A stretch of 64,000 nucleotides of DNA from Malacoraja senta (lineage: Eukaryota), in contig JAXLNO010000189.1 in assembly GCA_038087875.1 (NCBI GenBank), positions 1 to 64,000 of the forward strand, written 5' to 3'. Made by a program: the position numbers and the translations under genes. Shown in pieces: positions 1 to 12,575 of this stretch (positions within the stretch are counted from its first letter, which is position 1; each line of letters opens with the position of its first letter). The notes under the pieces are model-generated. The model saw nothing but the letters and a program-made list of their open reading frames with translations, was not told where the DNA came from and searched no databases.

Positions 1-133
1 GGCCTGTCCCACTTACATGTCCTTGGCACACAAATTACCTGACGTCGTGGTTGCGTTGGGCCACGACGGTCCCGCGAAGGTCGGGCGCGATTTCATGCGT
101 ACGCACAGCCGTCTGGAATGCATGACGTCATTT

Positions 134-324
134 GAAGATGGACACAAAGCTGGAGTAACTCAGCGGGACCGGCAGCATCTCCGGAGAGAAGCAATGGGTG
201 ATGTTTCGGGTCGAGACTCTTCTTCAGTCTGAAAAGGGTCTTGACCTGAAACGTCACCCATTGCTTCTCTCCAGAGATGCTGCCGGTGCCGCTGAGTTAC
301 TCCTGCATTTTGTGTCTATCTTCA
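134..324. repeat. Palindromic Penelope pseudo-LTR-derived repeat (two inverted hammerhead-like units)
   Basis: About 95-bp arms inverted around cttcagtctgaa; same sequence as Penelope 3' termini at 16750-16890 and 37565-37655. Confidence 0.8.
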
Positions 325-342
325 GTTTTCTAAGCCCCGCTC

Positions 343-3300
343 TTTTTTTTTCCCATACAAAATGCTTTTATTCAGAAAGAAACAAAATTACAAAGAAGTA
401 ACACGATCAGAGAATGCCTATATTGGCATTTTACAGAGAAAGTTATCAAATTAAAATATTAATATTTTTATCAATAATACATTTGACCTCCTTCGGTGAC
501 CAGCATTCACGGAAAGCCTCCACAGTCCCCGTGGACACCGCATGTTCCCTCTCTAGGACACGCGGGCACGGACGTAACCCCGGAAAAGGGGCAGGCAGCC
601 GACTGCTGTGCGGCCGTTGACTGCCCGCTGCGTGGACCCACGAATGGCCATCTTGGCCAGGCCCAAGAGCAGACCGACAGGGAGACCCCCTACTCCCTCC
701 CGACCCTCCCCCCACTGTACCGGGTGCCCAAAAATCAATAACGCCGGACTAAAGTGGAGCCAAAACGTGAGGAGCAGCCCCTTCAGATACTCGAACAGGG
801 GCTGCAACCTCTCACACTCCATGTAGACGTGGAACACGGTCACTTCCTCGCCGCAGAAGTAACAAGCGGCGGACGAGTCCGTGAACCGGCTCAAGTACCT
901 GTTACAGGCCACGGCTTTGTGCAACACTCTCCACCCCAGGTCCCCGATGTAAAGGGGGAGGACTCCCTTGTAGAGAGACCTCCACTGGGGACTGCTCCCC
1001 TCGTCAGGTGGTAACACGGACCGCCAGGGTGTGTCTGGACGGAAGACGAGGGCGAGGAAGTGGAGAGTGTGCAAGAGCAGCTTGTACAACACGCACCTCT
1101 CCGCATCACAGAACGGCACACTGGGCATCTCGGAAAGGCGGCTCATGTTGCATGGGGCCTGTTCTTGGGGAGGGACCCGGGCCATGGGTCCTATGAACGA
1201 TTCCGACGGAGCGGGGGTAAGCTCGTCCAGAATCGCTCCACGCACACGCCTCTCCTCGACACCCACCGTCACAGCCACAACGCACCCCTCCCCCTGAGGA
1301 GCAGGGCCCTGGCTGAAGGTGACCAAATTCCTGGCTTTCAGGAGGTCACGGTAAAAGCCAGGCAACTCCCGCCTAGCGCGTCGACTCATACCCGCTACCG
1401 GGAGCCGGGAGCCCTCCTGAAGGCAGCGCCCCTGGCGGAAAAAGTACGTCGCCAGAACGTGCCATTTAGGAGGGTAGTCCGACTAGACGTACCTCCGCAG
1501 GGTCCTGAGTCGGAGAGCCGCCACCTGGGTACGAACACAGACCAACGCCTGACCGCCCTCCTCCAACGGGAGACTCAGAACCCCAGCAGAGACCCAGTGG
1601 TTCCTCTCACCTAAGAAGAAGTTGACCAATCTCCTCTGTAACCTGGTTATAAATAAAGAGGACGGGACCATAGTGGCCAGCCGGTACCACAGCATAGAGG
1701 CCACCAGCTGGTTTATAACTACAGCCCTGCCCCGGTAAGAGAGCACACTAAGGAGGCCTGACCAACGTCCCAGCCGGGCGACGACTTTCGCCTCCAGCTC
1801 CTGCCAGTTCGCCGGCCACGCCCACTCAGCGGGACTCAGGTAGACCCCTAGATAGAGGAGGTGCGTGGTGCTCCATGCAAAACCTGCCATCTCCTCCGGC
1901 ACGGAGTCCACCTCCCACTGACCCACCAAGAGACCAGAACACTTCCCCCAGTTGATCTAGGCGGAGGATGCAGCCGAGAAAACCTGCTGGCACTCACGCA
2001 GCCTCCGCAGGTCAACAGGGTTGGTGAACATCAAAATGACATCATCGGCGTAGGCCGAGAGAACCACCTCCATCCCCGGCCCCGGTAAAGCCAGGCCTGT
2101 CAACTGCCTCCGGAGAAGGCACAGGAATGGCTCTACACATATGGAATACAGCTGGCCGGACATGGGACATCCCTGGTGAACCCCCCTCCCAAAGGGAATG
2201 GGGGCCAACAAAGAGCCGTTGACCTTAACAAGGTACTCTGCAGCAGTGTATAAAAGTCGGACCCAGGCCACAAAATGCGGTCCAAATCCGAACGCCTGCA
2301 GAGTCCCAAGAAGGTAGTTGTGCTCCACCCTGTCGAACGTCTTTTCCTGGTCGAGGGAGAGAAAGGCGACTGACTGTCCAGCCCCCTGGGACAGATGGAT
2401 CAGGTCCCGGAGCAGATTAATATTGTCCTGGATGGAACGGCCCGCGACTGTGTAGGACTGGTCAGGGTGGATCACCTGGGACAGCACGGGACCCAGGCGA
2501 TTCGCCAATGCCCGTGCAAAAACTTTATAGTCCATGCTGAGGAGAGAGACCGGGCGCCAGTTCTTCAACAGGCGGAGATCGCCCTTCTTGGGCAGCAGGA
2601 CAACGACTGCCCTGCGCCATGAGAAGGGCATCTCCCCGGTCGCCAGGCTCTCCCCCAGGACCTTCATATAGTCACCCCCCAGGACATCCCAGAAGGCTCT
2701 AAAGTACTCCACAGTCAGCCCATCCAGCCCTGAGCTGCTGCAGGGCACCAGTCAACCCCTCCAGAGTTAGGGGATCATCCAGGTGTTCAGCCACATCATT
2801 GCACACAGCGGGTAAGCCCTCCCACAGGACCTCTTGCGCCTCCCCACTTGATGTGCCCGCGGAGAACAGAGTCCTGTAGAAAGACCGAACTGAGGCACCA
2901 ATGCTCTCTGGATCCGTGACAGAGGAGCCATCATCCGCAAGCAACTCTACAAGCTGCCTGCGGGCTCCTCGCCCCTTCTCCAGAGAAAAGAAAAAGGGCG
3001 AGGCGCGGTCCAGATCGTGCAACATCTGGACTCGCGACCTCACATACGCACCCCGGGACCTCCTAAGCTGTAAGTCCCTCAGTGCTCCCTTCTTCTCCTG
3101 TTACTCCTCCCACTCGCACAAAGCCCCGCCAGTCCGATCCAGACGAGCCTCCGAGTCGAGCAACTCTCTCTCAAGCTGTCCAATCTCGGAGTCCCGCCCC
3201 TTGGTCGACCCCCTCGCGTAGTCCTGGCAAAACAGACGGACGTAAGCCTTCCCCACGTCCCACCACTGCCTTAGGGAAAGGAAACGCCCCTGCCTCTCTC

Positions 3301-6300
3301 TCCACCTCGCCCAGAACTGCCTGAAGGAATCCCGGAATCGGCGATCCTCCAGCAGTTGGTTATTAAAATGCCAATACACAGACCCAGCCCGTGTGCACGT
3401 CGGGATAGAATCCACTCGCACCAGGCAATGGTCCGAGCATGGCGCCGGCCGCATGGAGGCTGCCAAAACACAGGAGACATAGGCCTTGGACACATATAAA
3501 CGGTCAATACGGGAACCACCACCCTCAAACCTGTACGAGAAGGCATTTGAGTCAGGATTGAAATTCCACCAAGCATCTACCAGCTCAAAAGAGTCCACCA
3601 TCTCCCTTAAAGTCTTTACTGCAGCCGGGTCACGCTGAACGCCAGAGCGATCTCTCGCCTCGAGGGTACAATTAAAATCTGCCCCAAGGAAAACACACTC
3701 CCCACGGTCGATAGTGTTCAACAACGTGGTCACTTCCCTTGTTAAGCACGTCTGCATTGCGCTGATCTTGGGGGCGTAAACATTAATGAAGTGTAATGGC
3801 ACGCCATCCAAGCGCACGGCCAGATACAGCAAACGGCCTGGTACAATGTCATGCACTTTGAGGATCTCCGGCTGGAAAGAAGGGGCCAACAAGAAGGCCA
3901 CTCCACTCGAATTGGAGCTGAGATGGCTCATGTAGATACCCCTTCCCACTCCAGGAGCCAGGTGGGTTCATCACTAACCACCATGTGTGTTTCCTGCAGG
4001 AGGCTCACCGCGTACCTCCCGTCCCTGAGCACTGAGATATGGTGAAACCTACGAAGAGACCCCCTGCCCCCATTGATATTAAGGCTGGCTATAGTGAGCT
4101 TCATTTTGAGTGTACACTAGATCTTTTATCAGCCCCCGGTGAAGGAGTGGAGCCGCCCCTAGCCTTCTGCCCTCTCTTTAGGGCCTTAAAAAGCTCTTGG
4201 AACTGGCGCCTCTCATTTCTTATTAGCCCCGCCTCATTCCCCTTCTTCTGAAGGATGGCATAAATGGACTGCATAGGCGCCATCAGGTCCGACCAGTGGT
4301 CAACAGCCAAATCCACCTTATTCCTACTCCCTCTAGTGTCCTATAAGAACTTCCGAAGTTCCCAGACTTCGACAAGTCGAGACACGGGGCCGCGGGTGGG
4401 GCAATCCGTCAACTCACTGTCGACGGACTCCGCGTACCCCTCCTCCTCGCACTCAATGTCCGAGCCCGAGTCCGGAAGATTGCTACTCTCAGCGCCCTCG
4501 CTCACCCCTCCCTGTGAGGTGGGCGTTCCATCCACATCACACAGTCCCTCCTCTGTCACCATCCCACCCCCAGGATCAGTGACAGGGGCAGGTACCGGTG
4601 TCTCTGACTGCGGCAAGCTATCTGATAATTGGCCAGTCTCCTGCATGCTCCCACCATCCTCTGTAACCGGATTGGGAACAGTGTAAGTCGGAGCAAGTCT
4701 CCGGGCCTTGCTGTAAGCTGGCCTGTCTAGAGTCTGACCGAAGGACATGATCCGAAACAACCTTGCCCTCCTCCGCACCCAGGGTACCCGCCCCAGCACC
4801 GTCAAACTGAGAGTCCCCGTCCCCCACCACCAGGGGAATCACCTCACTGTGGCCCTCAGGGGCCGATGTTACCGGAGTCTCCCCTGCACCCTCAACCAGT
4901 GGGGCATCACACCCCTCAACTGGGCTTGTAGCCTCAACGGGGAGCTTAGGCTGGGGACCCAGCCCCACACCCAAGTTCCCCCCTTCAGGCTGCCCCTGGT
5001 CTTCCTCTAAGCTAGCAGACCCGCTCTCTGGGGAAACAGCCCCCAAGGGTAATGTATCGCCACTCTCATGTGGTCCCTGCACTACAGAGGCATCCTTCCC
5101 CTCAGAGGAAGCGTGCCCTGGGTCCCCCACCTCAACAGGAGGGGAAGGGGTTGCCCCTGAACTTCAGGGCCCTTCTCTGTATCGGAGGAACCATGTCTCC
5201 TCCTCTTCCAACCACTGGCGTGCGGTGGTACGGTGAGCTCCATTGCGGAAGCCTCTACCTCCACACTACCGTCTACCTGCTCAACCTCTCCAGCCCCCTG
5301 TTGGACCCTAGGGTCCTTATGTTTCCCTGCGCTGGACTCAGAGGCGAGCATGAGTTTATCTGCTGCCAGGGGTCCCGCTTGGAGGTGATCTTCTTCCAGG
5401 GGACCGTCTTTCTTCTTTTTCTTGACTTCCCTCCCCCGCTGACGCTCCCAACCCTCCCCGTCCACGCACTTCACCGGCATCCACCGCCACAGGTATGGGA
5501 CATGGGGGTGGTGGGGGGATGGGGGGTGGGGGTAGGGGAATAAAGCCTTCACGGGTGATCTCCCGGGCCACCATGGTGGAATTGGCAGCCCAAGTCCTGG
5601 GACAATTCCTGCGAAAATGCCCCACCATTTTGCAAGCGTGACAACGCACTTGGCCCGCGTTCCAGAACACGCGATAGGAGAAATCATCCACCTCCACATC
5701 AAAACTCCCCTCCGTGTCCATCCCCTGTGCCAACTGTATATACACGCGACGCTTGAACGTATATATATGCTGCATCTCAGGATCGTCAGACATGTACAAC
5801 AGTTTGGTGAGCCCCGACCGCACCTCCCCCAGCTTCCTTACATGTGGGAGCAGGAGTGCATCCGGAACAAAAGTGGGAACGTTGGACAGAATGACGCAAC
5901 ACGGGACCCCCCCATGGGTCCACCGCCGCAAAATTCGCGCCTGCTGTAACCCCCCTTTCCAGAGCCAGAGCCACCGCCTGTTCAATCTTCAGTAGAACAA
6001 CAACCTTCCCACTGACCACCGCGCCCGAGACTATTGCTTTCTTGCCAACAGTCTCACCCAGTGCATCTAGAAAGGCCTTGAAGGGCAGGTTGCTCTGCAT
6101 GTACATTTTTACACCATGTGTGCGCCCCATCAACTCGTGGCCCTCAGTCTCGGAGACTGCCGACCGTGCGACAGCTGCATAACTCTGAGGGGCTGCCATC
6201 TTTAGGGCGTGGCACAACACACAAAGTATCAGTACTTTTTAAATCAAAGCAGTCTTTCTGCTCCTCCACTCTTTTGAAGCAGTTAAATAGTCCTGTGAAG

Positions 6301-6752
6301 GCTTTCTTGGCAAAGCAACAGAAGCAGTCTCCTCCTGATAAGATAGGAATGTCTGTGCGAATTCTCCCTGTCGCCAAAAATGGAGCTTCCGGAGGCTTCT
6401 TCCCCAGGTCTCCGTCGCCTCCCCGGCTTCAACGAAATCCAAGGCACTGTTGCCGTTCTTACCCAGCACACCTGGACCGGGCAAGTCGGTGTAGGAGGGA
6501 GCTTTCCGATGTTACTGACCACAAACATCAGCTCCCACTAGTTCAAGTGAAACTTGGCCTTCCGCTAGCCACTGCTGCTCCTATGACTTTCCAGATACAC
6601 AGACAAATCCTTACTAATTAGAGGGATCTTTGAACAAAGAAAGTCTCTGCAATCCGACAGCCCCGAACTGCAAAGTCTGACTGCTTTTGTTCCTCCCCAC
6701 CTTCTGAAAAGTTCATCAAATCCTCCCCGCCAACAGAACAGCGCCTCTCCTG
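343..6752 (-). mobile_element. Full-length, decayed Tx1-clade (L1 superfamily) LINE
   Basis: Poly-A (T343-351) with AATAAA; ORF1 (about 6199-4101) with CCHC knuckle CHACKMVGHFRRNC; ORF2 (4104-553) APE (QETH, DFNC, SRIDR, SDH), RT (WRPVSLL, QGCPMS, AYADD), C-terminal CYFC..H..C; stops and frameshifts; imperfect TSD gccccgc(t/g)c at 334-342 and 6753-6761. Confidence 0.92.
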
Positions 6753-7112
6753 GCCCCGCGCTGGGAGTAGAAGTAGGGGCGGATCCGGACCGCAACGGCC
6801 GTGAGCCCCAGGCCGAGTTCGGCGATCGTTTGCCTGCTTCTGCTGCTGTTGAAGGTGAGACGTTGCGTCGCGCCAGGGTCTTGGGCCTGTTCCACTTTGG
6901 CCGTCAGTTACGCGACAGGCCGTTGGCGCGTGAAGATTTCGTTCGCTACAAAAATTTCGAAGCCCCGCGCGATGTCGCGCACAACTACATACCCCTCCGC
7001 GCTTCTCAGTCGGACCGGCCCCACGCGGCCATACGATGCCCGTGCGCCTCAACGCGACCATGAGGTCGCGTAATTTGCGTGCCAAGGACACGTAAGTGGG
7101 ACAGGCCCTTTA

Positions 7113-7470
7113 CCGAATAGTGAAAGGCCTGGAGAGAGTGGATGTGGAGAGGATGTTTACATGAGTGGGAGAGTCTAGGACCAGAGCCTCAGAATAAAAG
7201 GACGTACCTTTAGAAAGGAGATAAGGAGGAATTTCTTTAGTCAGAGGGTGGTGAATCTGTGAAATTAATTGCCACAGACAGTTGTGGAAACCAAGTCAAT
7301 AGATATTTTTAAGGCAGTGATTGACAGATTCTTGATTAGTACAGGTGTCAGGGGTTGAGGGTAGAAGGCAGGAGAATGGAGTTGAGAGGGAAAGATAGAT
7401 CAGCCATGATTGAATGGCGGAGTAGACGTGATGGACTAAATAGCCTAATTCTGCTCCAAGAACGTATGAA
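7113..7470 (+). mobile_element. CR1 LINE 3' fragment
   Basis: Typical CR1 ORF2 end and 3' UTR (cagagggtggtgaatctgtg...gatcagccatgattgaatggcgg), repeated at 18195, 46920 and elsewhere. Confidence 0.8.
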
Positions 7471-8162
7471 CTAAATGATTGGCCCAGAACAAAATCTGGC
7501 AACTAAACTGGACATCCATGAAGTCCACCTCACCATCAAAAACAACAAAATTGTATGCAAGCACAACATGTAACCACGTGACACAATTGCTTCCTCATTC
7601 TAACATTCCAAGCAAACCAGGATTAAATAATGAATTAAAAGCCATACTTTTCTAAACATGAGTAGTGTATGCCTGGAACAGCACCAATTTAGGTAACCTC
7701 CCACAACACCCACCCGCCTCCCACAATCATTCCTTTTTCTGCCCCGCTTCCATCTCTCCTTCTTTGTGCCCCACCTGGGCTCACACTTATTTCTCCCCTC
7801 CCAACTCCCCTTCCCTCCTGCTAGTTTCCTCCCTCTGGCTTTGCAATTTGTAACTCTTCAATGCTGTCTCTCGCCTTTTGCTTTTATCTCCGACCTTGGT
7901 TCAAACCATCTGCCTCTCAATAAAAAGGCAGATGGTTTGTCTGCATCCTACTATTTTGTCCTGTTTCCTCCCTCTTCCAGTTCTCTTCTCCCCCACTACA
8001 ATCAGTCTGAAGAAGGGCCTCAACTCAAAACGTTAAGGGCTTGTCCCACTTGGCCGACATTTACGTGACAGGCCGGTAGTGACTGACGCGCAACTGTCGC
8101 GCGTGTCATCATACGTCTTCATGCGTTAGCACAGCCGTCTGGAGCGCATGATGTCATTTGAT

Positions 8163-8234
8163 ACCCAGTTTATGATATTTACCCAGTTTATGATATTTAC
8201 CCAGTTTATGATATTTACCCAGTTTATGATATTT
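8163..8234. repeat. Tandem repeat, 18 bp x4
   Basis: acccagtttatgatattt repeated four times without spacers. Confidence 0.95.
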
Positions 8235-8964
8235 ATGGTGATTTTCTAAAATGTTCCAGTTTCTTGAGTGGTGCTAGCAATTGGAAAACTGCAGATGTAT
8301 TGCCCCTATTCAAAAAAAGAGGTGAATGAAAAGTAGCAAGCTGCAGATCAAATTAATCTGTCGGAAGGAACTGCAGGTGCTGGTTTAAATTGAAGATAGA
8401 CACAAAATGCAGGAGTAACTCGGCGGGACAGGCAGCATCTCTGGAGAGAAGGAATGGATGATGTTTCAGGTCGAGACTCTTCTTCAGTCTGAAGAAGGGT
8501 CTCGACCCGAAACAACACCCATTGCTTCTCTCCAGAGATGCTGCCGGTCCTGCTGAGTTACTCCTGCATTTTGAATCACTTATCTGGTTTGCTCTTCCAT
8601 TTCTATATTGGTATGTATTGGTATGTAACCTTTCAGGAATTTGTGTGCAAGGATTTCCAGCTCGTTTTGAATACAAACATCTGCCAAACACTCAATGTCT
8701 CATTCCTCATGTGAATTGCCTGTTGCCAAAAATTGCCAACATTCCCATTGTTCTGAAAATGTTAAATAATTATCCACAATGTCCTCTTAAATCGATCGCG
8801 CTTATATCCATGATGCGTAAAAGGCGGGACGACTGCGTATGGGTGGCGCGCAGCGGCGCATGGTTACACACGGTGACGTAATCATGCGTCACCATGCACT
8901 ACACGTATGAGGTCAGGACATCAGCGTGCGACCGCAGTACATCCGCGTGCGTAAGCGATACGCC

Positions 8965-9690
8965 AAGTCAAGTCAAGTTTATTTGTCACATACACATACA
9001 AGATGTGCAGTGAAATGAAAGTGGCAATGCCTGCAGATTGTGCAAAAAAACTGCAGAACTGAATCAGTATTTACATATTCAAAAAAAAACCCCAGCAGTT
9101 TTAAAAAGACACAACACAACAGTAAATTGGTGCAGTAAATTAGTCCCTGGTGAGATAAGAGTTTACAGTCCTGATGGCCCATGGGAAGAAACTCCGTCTC
9201 ATCCTCTCAGTTTCCACAGCATGACAGCGGAGGCCGAACGCACTTCTCTCTGCAGAGCCTTCTTGTCCTGGGCAGAGCTGTTCCCAAACCAGATTGTGAT
9301 GTTGCCGGACAAGATGCTTTCTACAGCCCCTGAGTAGAAGCACTGAAGGATCCTCAGAGAGACTGAATTTCCTCAGCTGCCTGAGTAAAGCACGCTGCCT
9401 TGCCTTACTCACCAGTGCGGCAACATGTGATGTCCATGTCAGATCCTCTGTGATGTGGATCCCAGGTATTTAAAGCAGCTCACCCTGTCCACAGTAGCCC
9501 CATTTATCTCCAGTGGCATATACGTCCTCGGATGTTGTGCCTTCCTAAAGTCCACAATCAGCTCCTTAGTTTTTATTACATTCAAGAGGAGGCTGTTGTC
9601 CTGACACCAGAGTGCCAGATCAGCCACCTCCTCCCGGTAGGCCTTCTCATTGTTATCGGAGATGAGGCCCACCACCACAGTGTCATCAGT
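8965..9690 (-). mobile_element. Rex1/Babar-like LINE 3' fragment nested in MITE
   Basis: DDTVVVGLISDNNEKAYREEV...KTKELIVDFRK...FKYLG; tail aataaa(cttga)n. Confidence 0.75.
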
Positions 9691-10062
9691 GCCGATGGGG
9701 CACAAATATTTGGTGCAGCACAAAATCCTGGAACGCCGGGCAATACCACTTGCAACTCCACACTCCTCCACGCCTCTCCATGCGCCCGTCCCGCGCTACC
9801 CACACGCTACATGTGCGTCACAACATGACAACCACATTTTTGGAGGTCGCGTAAATGGCGCGCAAATGACGGCCAAGTGGGACAGGCTCTTTACCTATCA
9901 GTGTTCTCCACAGATGCTACTTGACCTTCTGTGTTACTCCAGCATTTAGTGACCTTTTGTGTATTAACCAGATCCCTTGTGCAATCCCTTGTTTCTACTA
10001 AGATAGACACAAAAAGCTGGAGTAACTCAGCAGGACAGGCAGCATCTCTGGAGAGAAGGAAT

Positions 10063-10098
10063 GGGTGACGTTTCTGGTCGAGACCCATCTTCAGACCC
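10063..10098 (-). ncRNA. Minimal type I hammerhead ribozyme-like motif (Penelope terminal repeat)
   Basis: GGGU-CUGAAGA-U-GGGUCUCGACCA-GAAAC-GUC-ACCC: intact core, 4-bp helix I, one mismatch at the base of helix II. Confidence 0.6.
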
Positions 10099-11229
10099 TC
10101 GTTTCAACTAGCTTTCTCTTTCAGGCAACCCCGTTTTCAAATCCTTTACTCAGTTTAATAATAGACTACCACAGTTTAGTATTTTAGTATTCTAATTCCA
10201 GGCATCGTGCTTAATAAATTATAGTTAAACAAAATATTTGTCTGGCACCAACGGTCCTTTATCTAATTAGATTTCAAATGTAACAAACAACCTTGGCAAT
10301 TTTATCCAAATCACATCAGACCTTAATTGTCCTCTGACCAGTCCACTCATCCCCAATTCGCACGTGGATTTGTCTGAGAAATTGATGTTACTATTTTTCT
10401 GTATAGTTTGAAAAATTGCCTCAAACCCCTAACCTCCACCCCATCACCTCTCCCTCCCCCTTTCGATCAAGGAGCTTAAAAGGGGAAGTGAAACCTGCCT
10501 ACAGTCCAAAAATATTAGTAAACTCATTTACTCCCAAAAAAATTACGTTCTCATTGAGTTAAGGAAATCGATAAATTGGAAACAAATATTTTTGAAGTAA
10601 TTTAAGATTTTAAGATTGTTGTTTTATTCATTGTTCCCATTCTTACCTTAATCTTTGGAGTGAAAAATACTCTCTCCGATACTACTCGTTGCGTGTCCCG
10701 ATTGCTTAAAAGCTGAGGAGAGATGTGTATCTTCATTAAATAAATACTTCCTTGTCTGGGGCGGTTGCAAAGAATGACTTCAGGTGTGCGAAGCCCTGTC
10801 CCTCCAGGATGAGACAACCTGCTGGCAAAAACTATCAGCTGCTTGAAATCGGCACCACGGCCTGAAGTGCAGGGCATGAACCTTGTGCAGAGATAGCAAA
10901 GTCCGGGGCAGGGATTGTTGTGAACGTGTTTTAAAAGGGTTTTGGGGGAGGGGGAATGTAATTCTCAACCCTAAGCTCAGCCCCACCACGTTATGGGTGT
11001 TCACGATACTCACGATAACGTTTTTTACCCCAAGACACTGTTTTTTTTTTGTGTTTTTAATGTTGACAAATTATATTTTGAACTGATATTGTTCTCTTCA
11101 CGCTACCGATGTGCTTAAGTCTGGATTAATTGTATTCATGTAAAAGTATTATCAGATTTGATTAGATAGCACGCAAACGGAATAAACTTTCCATTATACC
11201 TCGATCTACCTGACAATAACAAACCTAAA

Positions 11230-11512
11230 CAGAGGTCTTACCTTCCACTACCTGCAACCTCCCGCAACCACCTTCAACTAGCATCGCAACCGGCTTCGAC
11301 TAAAAAATTACCGATTTTAAAAACGGCAACCTATTTTTAGTCGCGGCCAGTTTTGAATTTTTTGAAATAATCCCCGGAACATAGAAGAAGCGGAAACCAC
11401 TTTCGACCATTAGGGAGACTGACAAAAACCTCCGGGAACCGCACAGAAACCTTGGGTGTGGCGCAAAGTCTCCAGAGGTTTCCGTTCAGGTTTCCTAAGT
11501 GAGACAGGGGCA
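11230..11512. mobile_element. Partial Harbinger-type MITE
   Basis: Right TIR aagtgagacaggggca + TTA, related to the other MITE TIRs; left TIR not found. Confidence 0.5.
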
Positions 11513-11515
11513 TTA

Positions 11516-11778
11516 CTGCCTTACTGCCAGAGACCCGTGGGTTCGATCCTGACTACCGGTGCTGTCTGTAAAGAGTTTGCATGTTTTCCCCGTGTCCTGC
11601 GTGGATTTTCTCCTAGATCTTCAGTTTCCTCCCACACTCCCAAAACATACAGGTTTGTAGGTTAATTGATTTGGTATGAATGTCAAAATTAGGATGGTGT
11701 TAATGTGCAGCAATCGCTCGTCGGTGTGGACTCGGTGGGCCGAAGGGCCTGTTTCTGCGCTGCATCTATAAACTAAAC
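11516..11778 (+). mobile_element. tRNA-derived HE1/V-SINE-like SINE (5' clipped)
   Basis: B-box gggttcgatcc, core gtttcctcccacactcc, CR1-type tail gggccgaagggcctgtttc...(taaac)n. Confidence 0.8.
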
Positions 11779-12575
11779 ATATGACAACTAAACCTTAATT
11801 ATGGGCATCATTCTATGAACAATGAAGTAAAATCAACCGAATATTACTCTGCATTGTGAAGAAAAGAACTGATTGATTCTTTGATTGGAGAAAAAAAAAC
11901 CAACTACATTACTCAAGTTTTTTCAAAATTATGCAACGGAAAATGCCTTTATCAGGGGAGAAAAGCAATAACACTCATTGCAATTCCTTTAGCAATACTC
12001 AACAGTCATGTCAAGACAGTCAAACGTGTTTAATTGCCATGTACCAACAAGGAACAATGAAATTCCTATTTGCAGCATACAATACACAGAGATAATATAA
12101 CTCCTTGGTGCAACAAAGGATAGTCCATAGAAATTCATAGTTGAGGTTAGTGACACATATTGTCAACAAGTCTATTGGTTGCTGGGAAGAAGCTATTCTT
12201 GAGCATGGTGCGCCTGGTTTTTAGGCTGTTGTACCTTTTTCCTGATGGTAGTAGTGAAATGAGAGTGTCGTCTCAGTCTTTGACAATATTGCACATCCTT
12301 TGGATCCCTTCGATGATGGGGAGGTTAGTATATGTAATGGACTGCGCAATGTCTATCACTCTCTGTATTCTCCTTTGCACCTGCCAGTTAGATTTTTTTT
12401 AAATTTTTAGTTTAAATTTTTTTTTTAAATAGGTGCAGGAGTAAGCCATTCAATATGATCATGGCTGATCATCTAAAATTAGTACCCCGTTCCTTCTTTT
12501 TCCTCATATCGCTTGATTCCTTTAACCCTGTGAGCTAAATCTAACTCTCTCTTGAGTTGCCAAATCAGGCCATTT

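Larger units (their letters stand above)
1..7109. mobile_element. Non-autonomous PIF/Harbinger-type DNA transposon (MITE), split by a Tx1 LINE
   Basis: TIRs ggcctgtcccacttacatgtccttggcacacaaattac (1-38) and gtaatttgcgtgccaaggacacgtaagtgggacaggccct (7070-7109), followed by TTA; left end clipped by window edge. Confidence 0.75.
8036..9890. mobile_element. Harbinger-type composite MITE
   Basis: TIRs agggcttgtcccacttggccg / cggccaagtgggacaggctct; TTA TSD at 8033-8035 and 9891-9893; interrupts a Penelope terminal repeat that resumes at 9894. Confidence 0.8.

Noticed and set aside
8163..8234. CRISPR-like array
   Set aside because: Contiguous 18-bp tandem units with no spacers and no cas genes; eukaryotic context.
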